A stretch of DNA of 64,000 nucleotides from Thermoplasmatota archaeon (GCA_041601615.1 JBFIHX010000007.1:93468-157467), one strand, 5' to 3'; positions 17,056-27,329 are shown, counted from the stretch's first letter. The notes: a model not told the origin generated them from the sequence alone. Program-made: numbers and translations.

Positions 17056-18974
17056 GTCCAAACGCCGCTCCGTCCCTGGAAACCCTGCCCGGAGTCGGCC
17101 CCGGACTCGCTGCGGCCCTGCGCAAACGCTTCGGCGGCGACCAAGGCTTCTTCGACGCCGCGACCCGGCTCGACGTACAAGCCATCAGCAGCGTCGAAGG
17201 CATCAGCGAACGACGCGCCGTAGACCTCGTGCGATTCGTGCGCGGAGACGCCGATGCCGGGCGCTTCCTAGCCACCCCCGCGGCGCGAAAGGTCCACGAC
17301 GCCGTCATGGAACGACTCATGCGGTTTGCCGCCACCGACGTGGGACGCAACCGCTTGCGCCTCCTGCACCCCCTTGCAACTCCAAAGGCCGCCAAGGAAC
17401 GCGCGGCGCATGTGATGGCGCAAAAAGCGAAAGTCACGGACCTCGACCGACGCCGCGTGCGCGACTTGCTGCGCCGCATCAAACCCCTGCAAGAACCGAA
17501 CGCCATCTGCGACACCACTTGCTTGGTCATTGCCGGCGACGACGAGACCTACGAGAACCTGCACGGACTTGGCGTGCGCCGTTGGGCGATGCTCGGAACT
17601 GCGCGCGACGTAGAACAAGCCGGCGACGTGGAACTTCTTCTGCTCGTGGACGCAGAAGGCATCGAAGTGGACGTGCCCCACGCACACGACGTACTTTCTG
17701 CCGGTGGACTTGCAGCGATCACCCCGCAAGCGCTTCTGGCCTGGGCCCGCGCCAACCGAGGAACCCTCGAAGCGTGCCGTGACCTCGGCGTGCTGCTGGA
17801 CCGCCCCAGCCGCGCCGCCGCCGTGCTCGAAACCGTGGACGGGCTCGGCCCCGCCGCCGCCCCAACCGACCTGATGGATTGTGTCGAGCGCGTGAAACTG
17901 GAACTTGACCAGCGCCTGGAAATCGCAGTGGCCGACCTTAGCCTCGGCGGCTCTGAATTGCTGCGCGCCGTGAGCAGCGGCACCCTCCCACCCGCCCTCA
18001 AAACCGCCGTGGACACCGTCCTACGCGAGGGTCGCAACCTTTTGCGCGAACGCACCGGCGTCAGTTTCCAACCGTTTTTGCCAAAATACCCCGTGGAAAT
18101 CGACGACGACGAGGTGCAACGCGTCGTGCAAGCCGCCCAAGCCCACACGCGCACCCAGACCTTCCAAAAACAACAAGCCGCCGCCAAAATCGTCGCCCAA
18201 ACCCAAGAACCGCTGGCAGCCGAAGTAGCGCAATGGCTCGAATTCGACGCCGACTTCGCTCTCGGCTGCTTTGCCCACCACCACGACCTGCACCCAGCCC
18301 AATTCGGAGCGAACCTGCAATTTTCGTCCAGCATCCACCTCGACCTTGCCGCAACACCCGGGGCCCAGCGCATCGCCTACCAAATTGGAGGCGAAGCACA
18401 GATTGCTGTCCTCACAGGGGCCAACAGTGGTGGAAAATCGACGCTCCTCGAACACCTTTGCCAGCTTGCGCTCATGGCACGCATGGGCCTCCCCGTCGCG
18501 GGCCAAGACGTAGAAGTTCCTTGGGTCGATGAAGTGCACCTCGTCACCGCCCGCCGCGGCATGGACGCGGGCGCCTTCGAGACTTTCCTCAAGGGCTTCC
18601 TTCCCGTCGTGCGCGGCGACGCCAAGCGCCTCGTGCTTGCTGACGAAGTGGAAAGTGTCACGGAACTAGAGGCAGCCGGCCGCATTCTGGCGTTCTTTGC
18701 CGACAAGCTCGCGGAAACCGAATCCCTCGGAGTCATTGTCACACACATGGCCGAACCGCTGCTTGCCAACGTCCGCACCGCTAAGCTGCGCGTGGACGGC
18801 ATCGAGGCGACGGGGCTCGACGAGAACAACCAGTTGGTCGTGGACCGCTGCCCAAAGATGGGCGTGCGGGCGCGCTCGACTCCGGAGTTGATTGTGCAGC
18901 GGTTGGTGCGCATGGCGAATGCAGCAGATCGAGAGCTCTACGGGTCGTTGTTGACGCGGCTCGGAACACCCTAG
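17052..18974 (+). CDS. Archaeal MutS-like ATPase (MutS2/MutS5-type) with N-terminal HhH
   Basis: N-terminal LETLPGVGP HhH, Walker A LTGANSGGKSTL, DAGAFE, Walker B VLADEVES.TE and IVTH. No mismatch or Smr domain is apparent. Confidence 0.85.
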   Translation: MSPNAAPSLETLPGVGPGLAAALRKRFGGDQGFFDAATRLDVQAISSVEGISERRAVDLVRFVRGDADAGRFLATPAARKVHDAVMERLMRFAATDVGRNRLRLLHPLATPKAAKERAAHVMAQKAKVTDLDRRRVRDLLRRIKPLQEPNAICDTTCLVIAGDDETYENLHGLGVRRWAMLGTARDVEQAGDVELLLLVDAEGIEVDVPHAHDVLSAGGLAAITPQALLAWARANRGTLEACRDLGVLLDRPSRAAAVLETVDGLGPAAAPTDLMDCVERVKLELDQRLEIAVADLSLGGSELLRAVSSGTLPPALKTAVDTVLREGRNLLRERTGVSFQPFLPKYPVEIDDDEVQRVVQAAQAHTRTQTFQKQQAAAKIVAQTQEPLAAEVAQWLEFDADFALGCFAHHHDLHPAQFGANLQFSSSIHLDLAATPGAQRIAYQIGGEAQIAVLTGANSGGKSTLLEHLCQLALMARMGLPVAGQDVEVPWVDEVHLVTARRGMDAGAFETFLKGFLPVVRGDAKRLVLADEVESVTELEAAGRILAFFADKLAETESLGVIVTHMAEPLLANVRTAKLRVDGIEATGLDENNQLVVDRCPKMGVRARSTPELIVQRLVRMANAADRELYGSLLTRLGTP

Positions 18975-19384
18975 GCCCACATGCGTGGGTCAAATTTCAC
19001 GACCCCTTCCTTGCGCACCTCACCCCAGTCATCAGCGGCCGGATTCAGCAGCACATTCCGCCCCGGCACCACGACACTCGGAACCGTCGCCGCCAAGGCT
19101 CCCGAATCCAGAAATGCGGAGCCCCTGCGGCCGGAGCCTTCGTTGCGTTTCCCGGTCAATTCCGGTACGTCGTCGGGGATCTCGGCGCTGACGAGCCGCC
19201 ATCGTTCGAGGTCTAAGGGCAGGACCCCTCCGGCCATCACTTCGAGAACCGCAAGGGCGGCGTGTTCGCTGGCATACACCATAGGCCGGCCTTTTGGATT
19301 CCAGCGGCCGGGAAATTGCCTGGCTCCTTCTCCACTCCAGGCCTCCTTGACGAACCGTTCGTGGACGCATCGCCAGACCCGCAT
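18971..19384 (-). CDS. RES-domain toxin
   Basis: W.GEGA..FPGRWN..G..MVYASE..ALA.LE and VPSVVVP..NVLLNP. Confidence 0.88.
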   Translation of the reverse strand: MRVWRCVHERFVKEAWSGEGARQFPGRWNPKGRPMVYASEHAALAVLEVMAGGVLPLDLERWRLVSAEIPDDVPELTGKRNEGSGRRGSAFLDSGALAATVPSVVVPGRNVLLNPAADDWGEVRKEGVVKFDPRMWA

Positions 19385-19797
19385 CAAAAGACACCGTGGG
19401 CGAGGCGGCCGAGCAGGGACTCCACTTCGGCGGCTCCGATCTCGGTACCTGCGGAAATCAAGGGAGTCCGTCCACCCAATCGAGGGTTTGCGGCCATAAG
19501 CCATTCCAAGGCGCGGGGTCCCGGAAAAAGCTCCAAGGCTGCGTCATAGATTCGTGCAATGCGTGCAATGCGCTCTGATTCATGCTCTGAAAATCCTTTT
19601 CCGGCAAGCCTTCGGCGCCCGGTGCTGACGGGAATGTGGGCGCTTACAAACAATTGCTCCTGCGTCATGCCTGTGATTTCAAGAAATCCCCTGATTTGGG
19701 CCGATCGGAGACCTCGGTGAATCTTCTCTGCGAGGGCCAATCGATCCTCCGCCTTCACCTGGAGACTCACAATCTCAGCACTCATTTGAGACTTCAT
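19384..19797 (-). CDS. Xre/MbcA/ParS-type antitoxin
   Basis: ESERIARIARI, WL...N..LGG.TPL and VE.LLGRL.HGVF. Coupled to the RES toxin. Confidence 0.88.
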   Translation of the reverse strand: MKSQMSAEIVSLQVKAEDRLALAEKIHRGLRSAQIRGFLEITGMTQEQLFVSAHIPVSTGRRRLAGKGFSEHESERIARIARIYDAALELFPGPRALEWLMAANPRLGGRTPLISAGTEIGAAEVESLLGRLAHGVF

Positions 19798-19884
19798 AGC
19801 CTCTCAAATGATATCAACCAATCGCCCACCACGCCCCGCATCGACCCAAAAACAGGTAAATACCGACCTCGGCTCGGCGCCCGA

Positions 19885-20595
19885 GTGCCTCGCCCCGCGG
19901 ACGTGGAAGCCCTGAAGCAACTGGCCCTTCTTGGTGGCCTGCACGACCCCGTCGAACTTGCGTCCGCAGAGTTCGCTGACCTCATCGACGTGTCGCAGCA
20001 AACCGCAAGCCGCCGCCTCATTGAATTGACCGAAGAGGGATTCATCCGCCGCGAAATGGGGGTTCGCAAACAACGCATCCGCATCACCTCCGACGGCGAA
20101 TCGCTCCTGCGCGCGGAGCACATGCAATACCGCCGGCTCTTCGAGAAACAGGAAAACATCCACATCTCGGGCACCGTCCAAACCGGCCTCGGCGAGGGGC
20201 GCTACTACCTGTCCCGCCCAGGCTACGATGCGCAATTCCAGCAGCACCTTGGCTGGCGACCGTACCCCGGCACACTCAACCTAGACCTTGGCGGCGCAGA
20301 GGCAAACAAACTCAAATTCCTTCGCAAGAACCCAGTCCACCTCATCCAAGGATTCCAAGCGGAGGGGCGCAGTTTCGGCGGCGTTACTTGCTTCCCCGCT
20401 CGCATCGGCAAACAGGAAGTGGCAGCAATTCTGCCCAACCGAACCCATTACACCACGGTGCTGGAAGTGATCGCCCCCGTCTGCTTGCGTGAAGAGCTAC
20501 CGGTGGTGGACGGCGACCGCGTGGAGCTGGACTTGTTTCTGGACGGCGTACCAACCACCGACGTGATTCGTGCGCACCCGGAGGCAGAGTCGTGA
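19885..20595 (+). CDS. ribK: CTP-dependent riboflavin kinase with N-terminal wHTH (RbkR-like)
   Basis: SQQTASRRL HTH, GTVQTGLGEGRYY, PYPGTLN, P.RTHY and LEVIAP..LR. Confidence 0.92.
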   Translation: MPRPADVEALKQLALLGGLHDPVELASAEFADLIDVSQQTASRRLIELTEEGFIRREMGVRKQRIRITSDGESLLRAEHMQYRRLFEKQENIHISGTVQTGLGEGRYYLSRPGYDAQFQQHLGWRPYPGTLNLDLGGAEANKLKFLRKNPVHLIQGFQAEGRSFGGVTCFPARIGKQEVAAILPNRTHYTTVLEVIAPVCLREELPVVDGDRVELDLFLDGVPTTDVIRAHPEAES

Positions 20596-21137
20596 ACATC
20601 GAAGTGCTTCGGCTCGGGCACCGCCCACAACGAGACAAACGCATTACGACCCACGTTTGCCTTACCGCCCGCGCACTCGGCGCCAACCGTGTGTGCATCG
20701 CGGAAGAAGACGGCAGCATCGCCACATCCGTTACGGATCTCACGGCCCGGTTCGGAGGCAATTTCGTCCTGGAACACAACACCGGCTGGAAAGGCGTGGT
20801 GCGTCGCTGGAAAGAGGCAGGGGGCCAAGTTGTGCACCTTACCATGTACGGTCGACCCCTCGGCGTTGCTGTGCCGGAGATTCTTGCCCGAGGCTCGGAT
20901 GTATTGGTGGTCGTGGGCGCCGAAAAGGTTCCCGGAGACTTGTACAAACTGGCAGACGAAAACGTCGCGGTCGGCAACCAGCCACACTCGGAGGTCGCTG
21001 CATTGGCGCTTCTGATGGATCGGCTGCGGGATGGCGCTTGGGAGTCGGACGAGTTTGCCGGCGCGGAATTGCGAGTGGTTCCGGAGGCACACGGCAAACG
21101 CGTGCTCGGCGCATCGGACGAACCTGAAACAGAGTAG
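20592..21137 (+). CDS. trm56: tRNA (cytidine-56-2'-O)-methyltransferase
   Basis: LRLGHRP.RDKRITTHV.LTARALGA, VHLTMYG, VGAEKVP and GNQPHSEVAALA. Confidence 0.95.
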   Translation: MNIEVLRLGHRPQRDKRITTHVCLTARALGANRVCIAEEDGSIATSVTDLTARFGGNFVLEHNTGWKGVVRRWKEAGGQVVHLTMYGRPLGVAVPEILARGSDVLVVVGAEKVPGDLYKLADENVAVGNQPHSEVAALALLMDRLRDGAWESDEFAGAELRVVPEAHGKRVLGASDEPETE

Positions 21138-21202
21138 CAAGCCGACTCCACGGGTATGATGCCAAACCGTTATCCCGACCTCGAAGGTCCCCAAGTTGGA
21201 CC

Positions 21203-21733
21203 ATGACTGTACGCACGGCGGATTGGATTCCGAGCCTGGAAGACCCCGAAATTCAGCGCTACCTATTCGAGGAAGTGGGCGAGGAGGGCATGGAGATGTC
21301 CAAGTTCCTTCAGGACAATGAACCAATCTCCAGCGTGGACATTCTCGACCACTACGCCGAGCGCAAGCCGTCCGACGTGCGCAAAGTTCTCTATCGACTC
21401 ATGGAGGCGCACGCTGCCGAGTACGAGAAGGACACCGACAAAGCCGGCTGGGAGACGTTTACCTGGCGCCTAGACTTGGCCGAAGTGGCTTTGATTCTGC
21501 GCCGCCGCTGGGCCGATGAATTGGTGCACTTGCAGAAGCAATTGCGCTTCGAATTGGACCACGAGTACTACGCGTGCGATGACCTGCACCGCCGCATGGT
21601 GTTCGAGGATGCGATGGACATCAACTTCCACTGCCCCGTGTGCCAGAAGCCCATGGAGCCCGTGGACAACGCCATGGTCATTGAGGCACTGCGTGGCCGC
21701 GTCCAAGAACTGGAACCGTTCGTCACGGCCTAA
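21203..21733 (+). CDS. tfe: Transcription factor E
   Basis: wHTH 'VRKVLYRL', 'GW..F.W' and the Zn-ribbon F.CPVC. Located after trm56. Confidence 0.85.
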   Translation: MTVRTADWIPSLEDPEIQRYLFEEVGEEGMEMSKFLQDNEPISSVDILDHYAERKPSDVRKVLYRLMEAHAAEYEKDTDKAGWETFTWRLDLAEVALILRRRWADELVHLQKQLRFELDHEYYACDDLHRRMVFEDAMDINFHCPVCQKPMEPVDNAMVIEALRGRVQELEPFVTA

Positions 21734-21749
21734 AGCCTGGCGCGCCCTC

Positions 21750-22271
21750 GTGGCCGCCGCCCCACCCGCGTGGGTGCTCGATCATGTGCTTGCCGTCGAA
21801 GGCCTCGCGGTCGCCATGGCCATGCGCGCCGAAGAAGTCGGACTCGAAGTGGACGTGGAACTTGTCAGCACCGGCTCATTGCTGCATGACATCGGTCGAA
21901 GCGTGACCCAGGATTTGCACCATGCCCATGTGGGCGCCGACCTCCTGCGCCAACCGCCGCCCTGGCCAGAACCGGTGTGTCGCATCGCCGAGACGCATAC
22001 AGGCGCAGGTGTTACGCCCGAGGACGCAACGGCAGCAGGGTTGCCGGCACGCGACTACATGCCCAGGAGCCTAGAGGAACGCATCGTGGCGCACGCGGAC
22101 AATTTGTTTTCAGGCACCCGGCGGCTGACGCTTGAAGAGGTTGTGGCCAAGTACGAAGCGAAGGGACTAGCGGAAGCCAGGGGCCAAATCATCCTTTTGC
22201 ACCATACTTTATCGTGCAAACTTCGCATGGAAATGGATTTAATGCCCATAATTGAACTAGATCACCCTTAG
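21750..22271 (+). CDS. HDIG-domain metal-dependent phosphohydrolase (start uncertain)
   Basis: LLHDIGRS, H..VGA, THTGAG and P.SLEERIVAHADNL. Confidence 0.85.
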   Translation: MAAAPPAWVLDHVLAVEGLAVAMAMRAEEVGLEVDVELVSTGSLLHDIGRSVTQDLHHAHVGADLLRQPPPWPEPVCRIAETHTGAGVTPEDATAAGLPARDYMPRSLEERIVAHADNLFSGTRRLTLEEVVAKYEAKGLAEARGQIILLHHTLSCKLRMEMDLMPIIELDHP

Positions 22272-22295
22272 CAAGAGAGAAAAGAGGTGAATAAA

Positions 22296-23156
22296 CTAGC
22301 AGGTTCCGCCGGAACCATATCGGACGCACGGGCCGCCACCGCCACCACCACCACCACCGCCGAACAAAGTGGGGCCGCAAGCGCCTTCGCGCATGAAATA
22401 TACTCCGGTTTCAAGCTGCGTCTCAAAATACCTATAATGCCCAGCACAAACGGTTGTACCACCATCCGAATCGCTAACTATGAGAATACACGCAGCATCC
22501 CCTTTTATATCGCCATTATTAACATTTGAGTAATCATAAAGGCCAATACAGTATCCAATATTATCAGTTTCATCATATTGATCATAGAAATCTACGAAAT
22601 GGTGGCAGATGCCAAATACATCATCTCGAACCCCGACCTTATACAAGCAATTCAAGGGATCAGAAGAGGAAGTCTCTACCGATGGTATCGTAGGAGCAAA
22701 GGACCATGGGGCAGGAACATATTGAATGTCCAAACAGACCTCATCCGGCGAAACACATGTCACGACCGGGACGGGAATCTCATCCGGGAGAATTCCCGTT
22801 ACGAACCCTAGGTCGATGGGAATACACGAATTAATGCGGAACTGATTTTCATCCATCGGCCTTCCGGTGCAGAGCCACCACTCTAAGCCCAATGGGTGGC
22901 TGTGAAGACAAATGATGGAGGAACCGCCCCCAACCGCGTAAGCACTAATGGCCAGGCACAAATTGGTTTCTGCCAAATCTCTTTCGACACAAGTTGCGAC
23001 AAACCAATAGTAAATACCTTGATTGGGCCATTCAAACTCCAAATAATTGCAGTTAATGTCTCGATCTTGGCCTTCCCAAGTGGACGCTTGGGCGGGGCCA
23101 GTTGCTGAACTTAGTACCAAGGCAGCTAGAGCCACCATCATGATCTTTTTTAACAT
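22296..23156 (-). CDS. Low-GC secreted Cys-rich hypothetical protein with poly-Gly tail
   Basis: Signal peptide ending AQA, many Cys and GGGGGGGGG near the C-terminus. The DNA is AT-rich, unlike its flanks. Confidence 0.6.
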   Translation of the reverse strand: MLKKIMMVALAALVLSSATGPAQASTWEGQDRDINCNYLEFEWPNQGIYYWFVATCVERDLAETNLCLAISAYAVGGGSSIICLHSHPLGLEWWLCTGRPMDENQFRINSCIPIDLGFVTGILPDEIPVPVVTCVSPDEVCLDIQYVPAPWSFAPTIPSVETSSSDPLNCLYKVGVRDDVFGICHHFVDFYDQYDETDNIGYCIGLYDYSNVNNGDIKGDAACILIVSDSDGGTTVCAGHYRYFETQLETGVYFMREGACGPTLFGGGGGGGGGGPCVRYGSGGTC

Positions 23157-23501
23157 TGTTACACCTTTTAGTTTTCTATCTACTCATATGTTGCACACAG
23201 CACAACATCAAATCCCAATGTTCAGGCGTATAAAAGCATTCGCGTAAATTGACATTATTTTTCATGAAGTTCGCCTTGCGAATTTCTCCATCGTTCTTTG
23301 CCGAAGGTCGCATTTCGACTGAGTTCGTAGCAGATTTGAGGATATAACCTGATCACGAATTCAACAGTTCGAATTAAGCCCGTAAATAGTCATAAGTATG
23401 TTTATACCCGTCATTGGGACATGCGCGGAGATTTATAGTCTCCCATCCTCCACTATACAGCTAAAAAACCAAGAAAAATGTATAATTCCAACAGATGAAA
23501 G

Positions 23502-24197
23502 CTACCACCGCGTCGTGAACCGCTTCTTCCACAGCGCCTTCAGGTTGCCAAAGCCGTCGCGCCAGGATTCAATCACCGCGTCGCCGATGCGGGCGTGCAA
23601 CTCGGAGGGAATCTCGGCAGAGGCCACGTCGCGCCGCTTGAACGCCTCCAATTTGATTTCCTGACTGAAGGCCATGCCGTCCGGGAGCGATTCGAAGGGA
23701 ATGCGGTCTAGGGCGCTCCGGCGGATGATCCACATGCCGCTTTGGCTGTCGCGCACTCGGACCCAGAATAGGTTACGAAGCGTTGCGCTCAGGATGAAGT
23801 TGCCAAGGCGGTGCTTGGGGCTCATGCTGCCTTCGTGGAGGGTGCCGTAGCGGTCGCAGGTCACGAAGTCAAGGTCGTTGTCCAAGAGGTGCCGCACGTA
23901 CTCGGAGGTCTTGTCGAAAGGATAGGTGCCGTCCGCGTCGCCGGTTACAATCACGTCGCCCGTTGCGGCAGCGAAACCAGTCTTGTAGGCGCGGCCATAG
24001 CCTTTGCGAGGTTCCACGATCACGCGGGCTCCTCGCACCTCGGCCTCAGATTGGGTTCGGTCCTTGCTGTTGCCATCGACGACCAGCAACTCCCAAGACC
24101 AGCCGGCTTCCTGGAATGCGTCCGTGTCCACGGCGTCGAGGGTGGGGCCGATGCCTTGTTCTTCGTTCAGAGTCGGGATGACGATGCTTACTTTCAT
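23502..24197 (-). CDS. GT2 glycosyltransferase (DPM-synthase-like)
   Basis: SIVIPTLNEE, VVDGNSKD.T, GYG.A..TG, DADGTY and DSQSG. Confidence 0.9.
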   Translation of the reverse strand: MKVSIVIPTLNEEQGIGPTLDAVDTDAFQEAGWSWELLVVDGNSKDRTQSEAEVRGARVIVEPRKGYGRAYKTGFAAATGDVIVTGDADGTYPFDKTSEYVRHLLDNDLDFVTCDRYGTLHEGSMSPKHRLGNFILSATLRNLFWVRVRDSQSGMWIIRRSALDRIPFESLPDGMAFSQEIKLEAFKRRDVASAEIPSELHARIGDAVIESWRDGFGNLKALWKKRFTTRW

Positions 24198-25021
24198 GCG
24201 TGTCCTCCGGGAGGCTTGCGGCCCGCCTTCGCGGAAAGGTATCCGAGAAATCCGAAACCGGCGCGCAACAGGCCCCAGACGGAGCCACCTTGCAGGCGCA
24301 GCATTTCGTGGAGTTTGTATTGGTGCCAGAGCCGGCCGTGCTTGCGCGTCAGTTGCTTGCGGCCAAATCCGTTCCAGTAGGCTTGGCGAAGGAAGCTGCT
24401 GACCGATTCGCGGGCGCGGGCATACACAATGGCGTCCTTGGCGTGGATGATGGCGGCGCCGGCGGCCACGGCGCGGTAGTTGAGGTCGATGTCCTCGGCA
24501 GTAACGAAGCGGGCGTCGAAGCGCCCAAGTTCCTCAAACAGCGCGCGTGGGTAGGCCAAGTTGCAACTGGGCCAAGTGGTGTCCTGTCCTTTGTGCGGAA
24601 GTTCGACGCGGTGCAGGCGGGTAAACGCCCAGAAGCCGATTACGTCGGTGCGGCCGGCTACGACGCGGCGCGGGTCGCTTTGCCAAGCATCCCACAGTCG
24701 TTGGGTCCAGTTCGCATTGGCAATGCAGTCGCCATCGATGAATGCAAGTAGGTCGCCCGTGGCGGCTGCGGCTCCGATGTTGCGCCCTTCGCCGCGGCTG
24801 CATGGTTGTTGGATGATGCGCAGCGGCAGGAGTCCTTCGAAGCTGCGGGCACGTTCCACCGTGTTGTCCGTGCTCATGGCGTCCACGAGGATGACCTCGC
24901 GCAGATGCGCCTGGCGCATCAGGCTGTCCAATAGGTGCCGGATGTGGCGGGATTCGTTGCGAACGGTGACGACCACGCTGACGCCGCCCGACCCTTCGTG
25001 CGTCTGGGTCGTTTCGCTCAC
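24194..25021 (-). CDS. GT2 glycosyltransferase
   Basis: VSVVVTVRNE, VDAMSTD, GRNIG, FIDGDC and AEDIDL. Confidence 0.9.
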   Translation of the reverse strand: MSETTQTHEGSGGVSVVVTVRNESRHIRHLLDSLMRQAHLREVILVDAMSTDNTVERARSFEGLLPLRIIQQPCSRGEGRNIGAAAATGDLLAFIDGDCIANANWTQRLWDAWQSDPRRVVAGRTDVIGFWAFTRLHRVELPHKGQDTTWPSCNLAYPRALFEELGRFDARFVTAEDIDLNYRAVAAGAAIIHAKDAIVYARARESVSSFLRQAYWNGFGRKQLTRKHGRLWHQYKLHEMLRLQGGSVWGLLRAGFGFLGYLSAKAGRKPPGGHA

Positions 25022-26619
25022 GACTCCTTGACCTCCAGGTGCTTCTTGGGGCTTTGGCCCGATAGCATGCGCTTGACATCGGCCCAGTCGCCCCGGTGCA
25101 GTTCACCAAGGAGCGCCAGCAGCGCGCCGAAAATCACGACGGTCATGACGCCATACAGGAGCAAATCCCAAATGCGTAGAATGGGCGGAAGCACGCGCCC
25201 CAGCGCCAGGAGCGTTGCGAGTGTCACGCCGGCGGCCAGAACGTGGATTTGGAGGTGGCGGCTGAAGAACGGGTGTTCGGTCCATTCGTACGCCTTGCCT
25301 CGATAAGCGGCAAACAAAACCACACCGGCGGCCAAGGTTGCGATGCTTGCGCCGACACCACCGAGGCCCCCGAGGCGCACTCCGAACAAGGACTCGGGGA
25401 TGAGAACGACGTTGAGCACGAGGTTGACGCCGAGTGCCCAGAGCGCCGCGATGCCTGCAAATTTTTGCTCGCCAAAACCGAAGGCCTTGGTGCGCAGCGG
25501 AATCGTCATGGAGATCAGGAGGCTGTTGCCGAGCAGCAGAACCATCATGGGCGCTCCGGCCAGGAACGCATCGCTGAGCACAATGTGGATCGTGGGTCGT
25601 GTCGCGGTCCAGCCCACGAGCAGGACGGGCCAGACGAGAATGCTGATCCAGCGCTCGGCCTGCAAGACGGTGCGCGCCACGTCCTCGATGCGGCCTTCTT
25701 TGTGCAGGCGGCTAATGACGGGAAGCAGCGACACACGCACGCCGTTGGCAAGAATCAAGACGAATTCGCTGAGCTTGGTGGCTCCCGCGTAGTGGCCCAC
25801 GTCGGCGTTGGTGCTCCAGAATCCAATCATCACTTGGTCCATGCGGCTCATGAGCACGGCGGCGGTGCTTACGACCATGATGGGCACCGTGGCATGCATG
25901 TAGTCACGGGCCACGTCCATTCGAGGCGCTCCAAAGGGAACACGGGTGCGCCACAGCAACAACAAACTAAGCACAAGCGCCACTATTTCTCCCGCAAGAA
26001 ATGCCGCCATGAGCCAGAGCAATCCTTGCCCAAAGCCCACGGGCCCCGTGGCGCCAAACAAATCAGCGACGTACCGGCTGAGGCCGGGAACCGGACTCCA
26101 GCGGCCATGGCTTTCGGCGTAGGCGACCGAGGCAAGCACCGTCAGCACGACTGTGACAAGGGTATTGGAAAATAGGGTCCATTCGCGGTACCGGATGCGC
26201 TCCAGTCCTCCAAAGGTGTTGACAGCTACATCCTTGAGACTCTTGGCCACCACCACCGCGACGCCCAGCCACAATGCTTGCACAGTCACGTCTTGCACGC
26301 CGCGACCCAGCACGACGAACCAAAGCCAACCAAAACCCACGGCTAGCAACACAAAGCCGGCAGTGAGCAGCAATTTGAGCGCAAGATAGGTCCCCATGGA
26401 GGCGGCCACGTCGTCGCCTCGGGCAATCCGCCGCGTATGTGTAATGGGAAATCCAAGCCGGCACACAAGGCCGAAGAGGTACGCGATGGCGAGCACGTAC
26501 GCCTGCGCGCCCACCAATTCGTCGCCCATGAATCGGGCCATCATGAACAGTCCGACGTAACCGAGGGCGGCGCCAAGGAGGCTGTTTGCGACCACCAGCA
26601 CCGACCGACGGGCAAACAT
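25018..26619 (-). CDS. Wzx/MOP-type oligosaccharide flippase
   Basis: About 13-14 TM. Motifs DQVMIG..S...VG.YA.A, LLPVISRL and NLVLNVVLIP. Confidence 0.85.
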   Translation of the reverse strand: MFARRSVLVVANSLLGAALGYVGLFMMARFMGDELVGAQAYVLAIAYLFGLVCRLGFPITHTRRIARGDDVAASMGTYLALKLLLTAGFVLLAVGFGWLWFVVLGRGVQDVTVQALWLGVAVVVAKSLKDVAVNTFGGLERIRYREWTLFSNTLVTVVLTVLASVAYAESHGRWSPVPGLSRYVADLFGATGPVGFGQGLLWLMAAFLAGEIVALVLSLLLLWRTRVPFGAPRMDVARDYMHATVPIMVVSTAAVLMSRMDQVMIGFWSTNADVGHYAGATKLSEFVLILANGVRVSLLPVISRLHKEGRIEDVARTVLQAERWISILVWPVLLVGWTATRPTIHIVLSDAFLAGAPMMVLLLGNSLLISMTIPLRTKAFGFGEQKFAGIAALWALGVNLVLNVVLIPESLFGVRLGGLGGVGASIATLAAGVVLFAAYRGKAYEWTEHPFFSRHLQIHVLAAGVTLATLLALGRVLPPILRIWDLLLYGVMTVVIFGALLALLGELHRGDWADVKRMLSGQSPKKHLEVKES

Positions 26620-26621
26620 GG

Positions 26622-27299
26622 TTACTCAAAGAGCGCGCGGGCTTGCTCCAGATCCTCGGGAAAATCAATCTCCATGGCTCGAAGTTCCCCCACGGGAACG
26701 CAGCGCACGGGCTTGGCGGTGAATGGAAGCATGTGCTCGATGGCCCGCTCGAAGTACGCCTGCATTTCCAGGTACTCCAAAGCTCGGCGGTACAGGGCTC
26801 GATCGTTGGCCGCGATGAAGTTGATGCCCACCGCTTCGCCCTCGCCGTGCACTTGCTTCGAGAGCGCTTGCAAGCGACCCTCGCGAATGCGGTACTTGAT
26901 CTCCTCGTCGCCACACACACGCGGATCCACCGCGAGGCTCGTGGTCTCAGGGTCCGAGGTGACCAGGGGTACAATTTCGTCGTCGAACACCACGTCGCCA
27001 TTCAAGCAAAGAACGCCGCCTTCTGGCACTGCCGAGATTCCGACGAGTGTCGATTTGCCAGTGTTCGTGTCCATGTACATCGGGTTGTCCACGAACCGCA
27101 CGCCGGGCCTGGCCGCGACCGCCCGCACTTCGTCTCCCTTGAATCCGGTGACGATCCACACATCCGTGACGCCGTGCGCGGCCAAATTGTCCAATTGGTG
27201 CTCGATGATGGTTTTGCCGGCGATTTTGATGAGGGCTTTGGGAACGTCATGTCCAAGGCGGCTGCCAAAGCCGGCGGCAAGGATCAGTGCATGCACCAT
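26622..27299 (-). CDS. NTP transferase (LicC / phosphocholine cytidylyltransferase-like)
   Basis: ILAAGFGSRLG...PKAL, NP.Y..TN, NGDVVF and EIDF.EDL. Confidence 0.85.
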   Translation of the reverse strand: MVHALILAAGFGSRLGHDVPKALIKIAGKTIIEHQLDNLAAHGVTDVWIVTGFKGDEVRAVAARPGVRFVDNPMYMDTNTGKSTLVGISAVPEGGVLCLNGDVVFDDEIVPLVTSDPETTSLAVDPRVCGDEEIKYRIREGRLQALSKQVHGEGEAVGINFIAANDRALYRRALEYLEMQAYFERAIEHMLPFTAKPVRCVPVGELRAMEIDFPEDLEQARALFE

Positions 27300-27323
27300 A
27301 TCCAGTTGGACCCTGTCGTCGCC

Positions 27324-27329
27324 TTTAAA
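27324..27329. promoter_or_regulatory. TATA box (TTTAAA) between the divergent NTP-transferase operon and tRNA
   Basis: Palindromic TTTAAA 25 bp upstream of ATG 27299, which is leaderless spacing. Confidence 0.5.
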
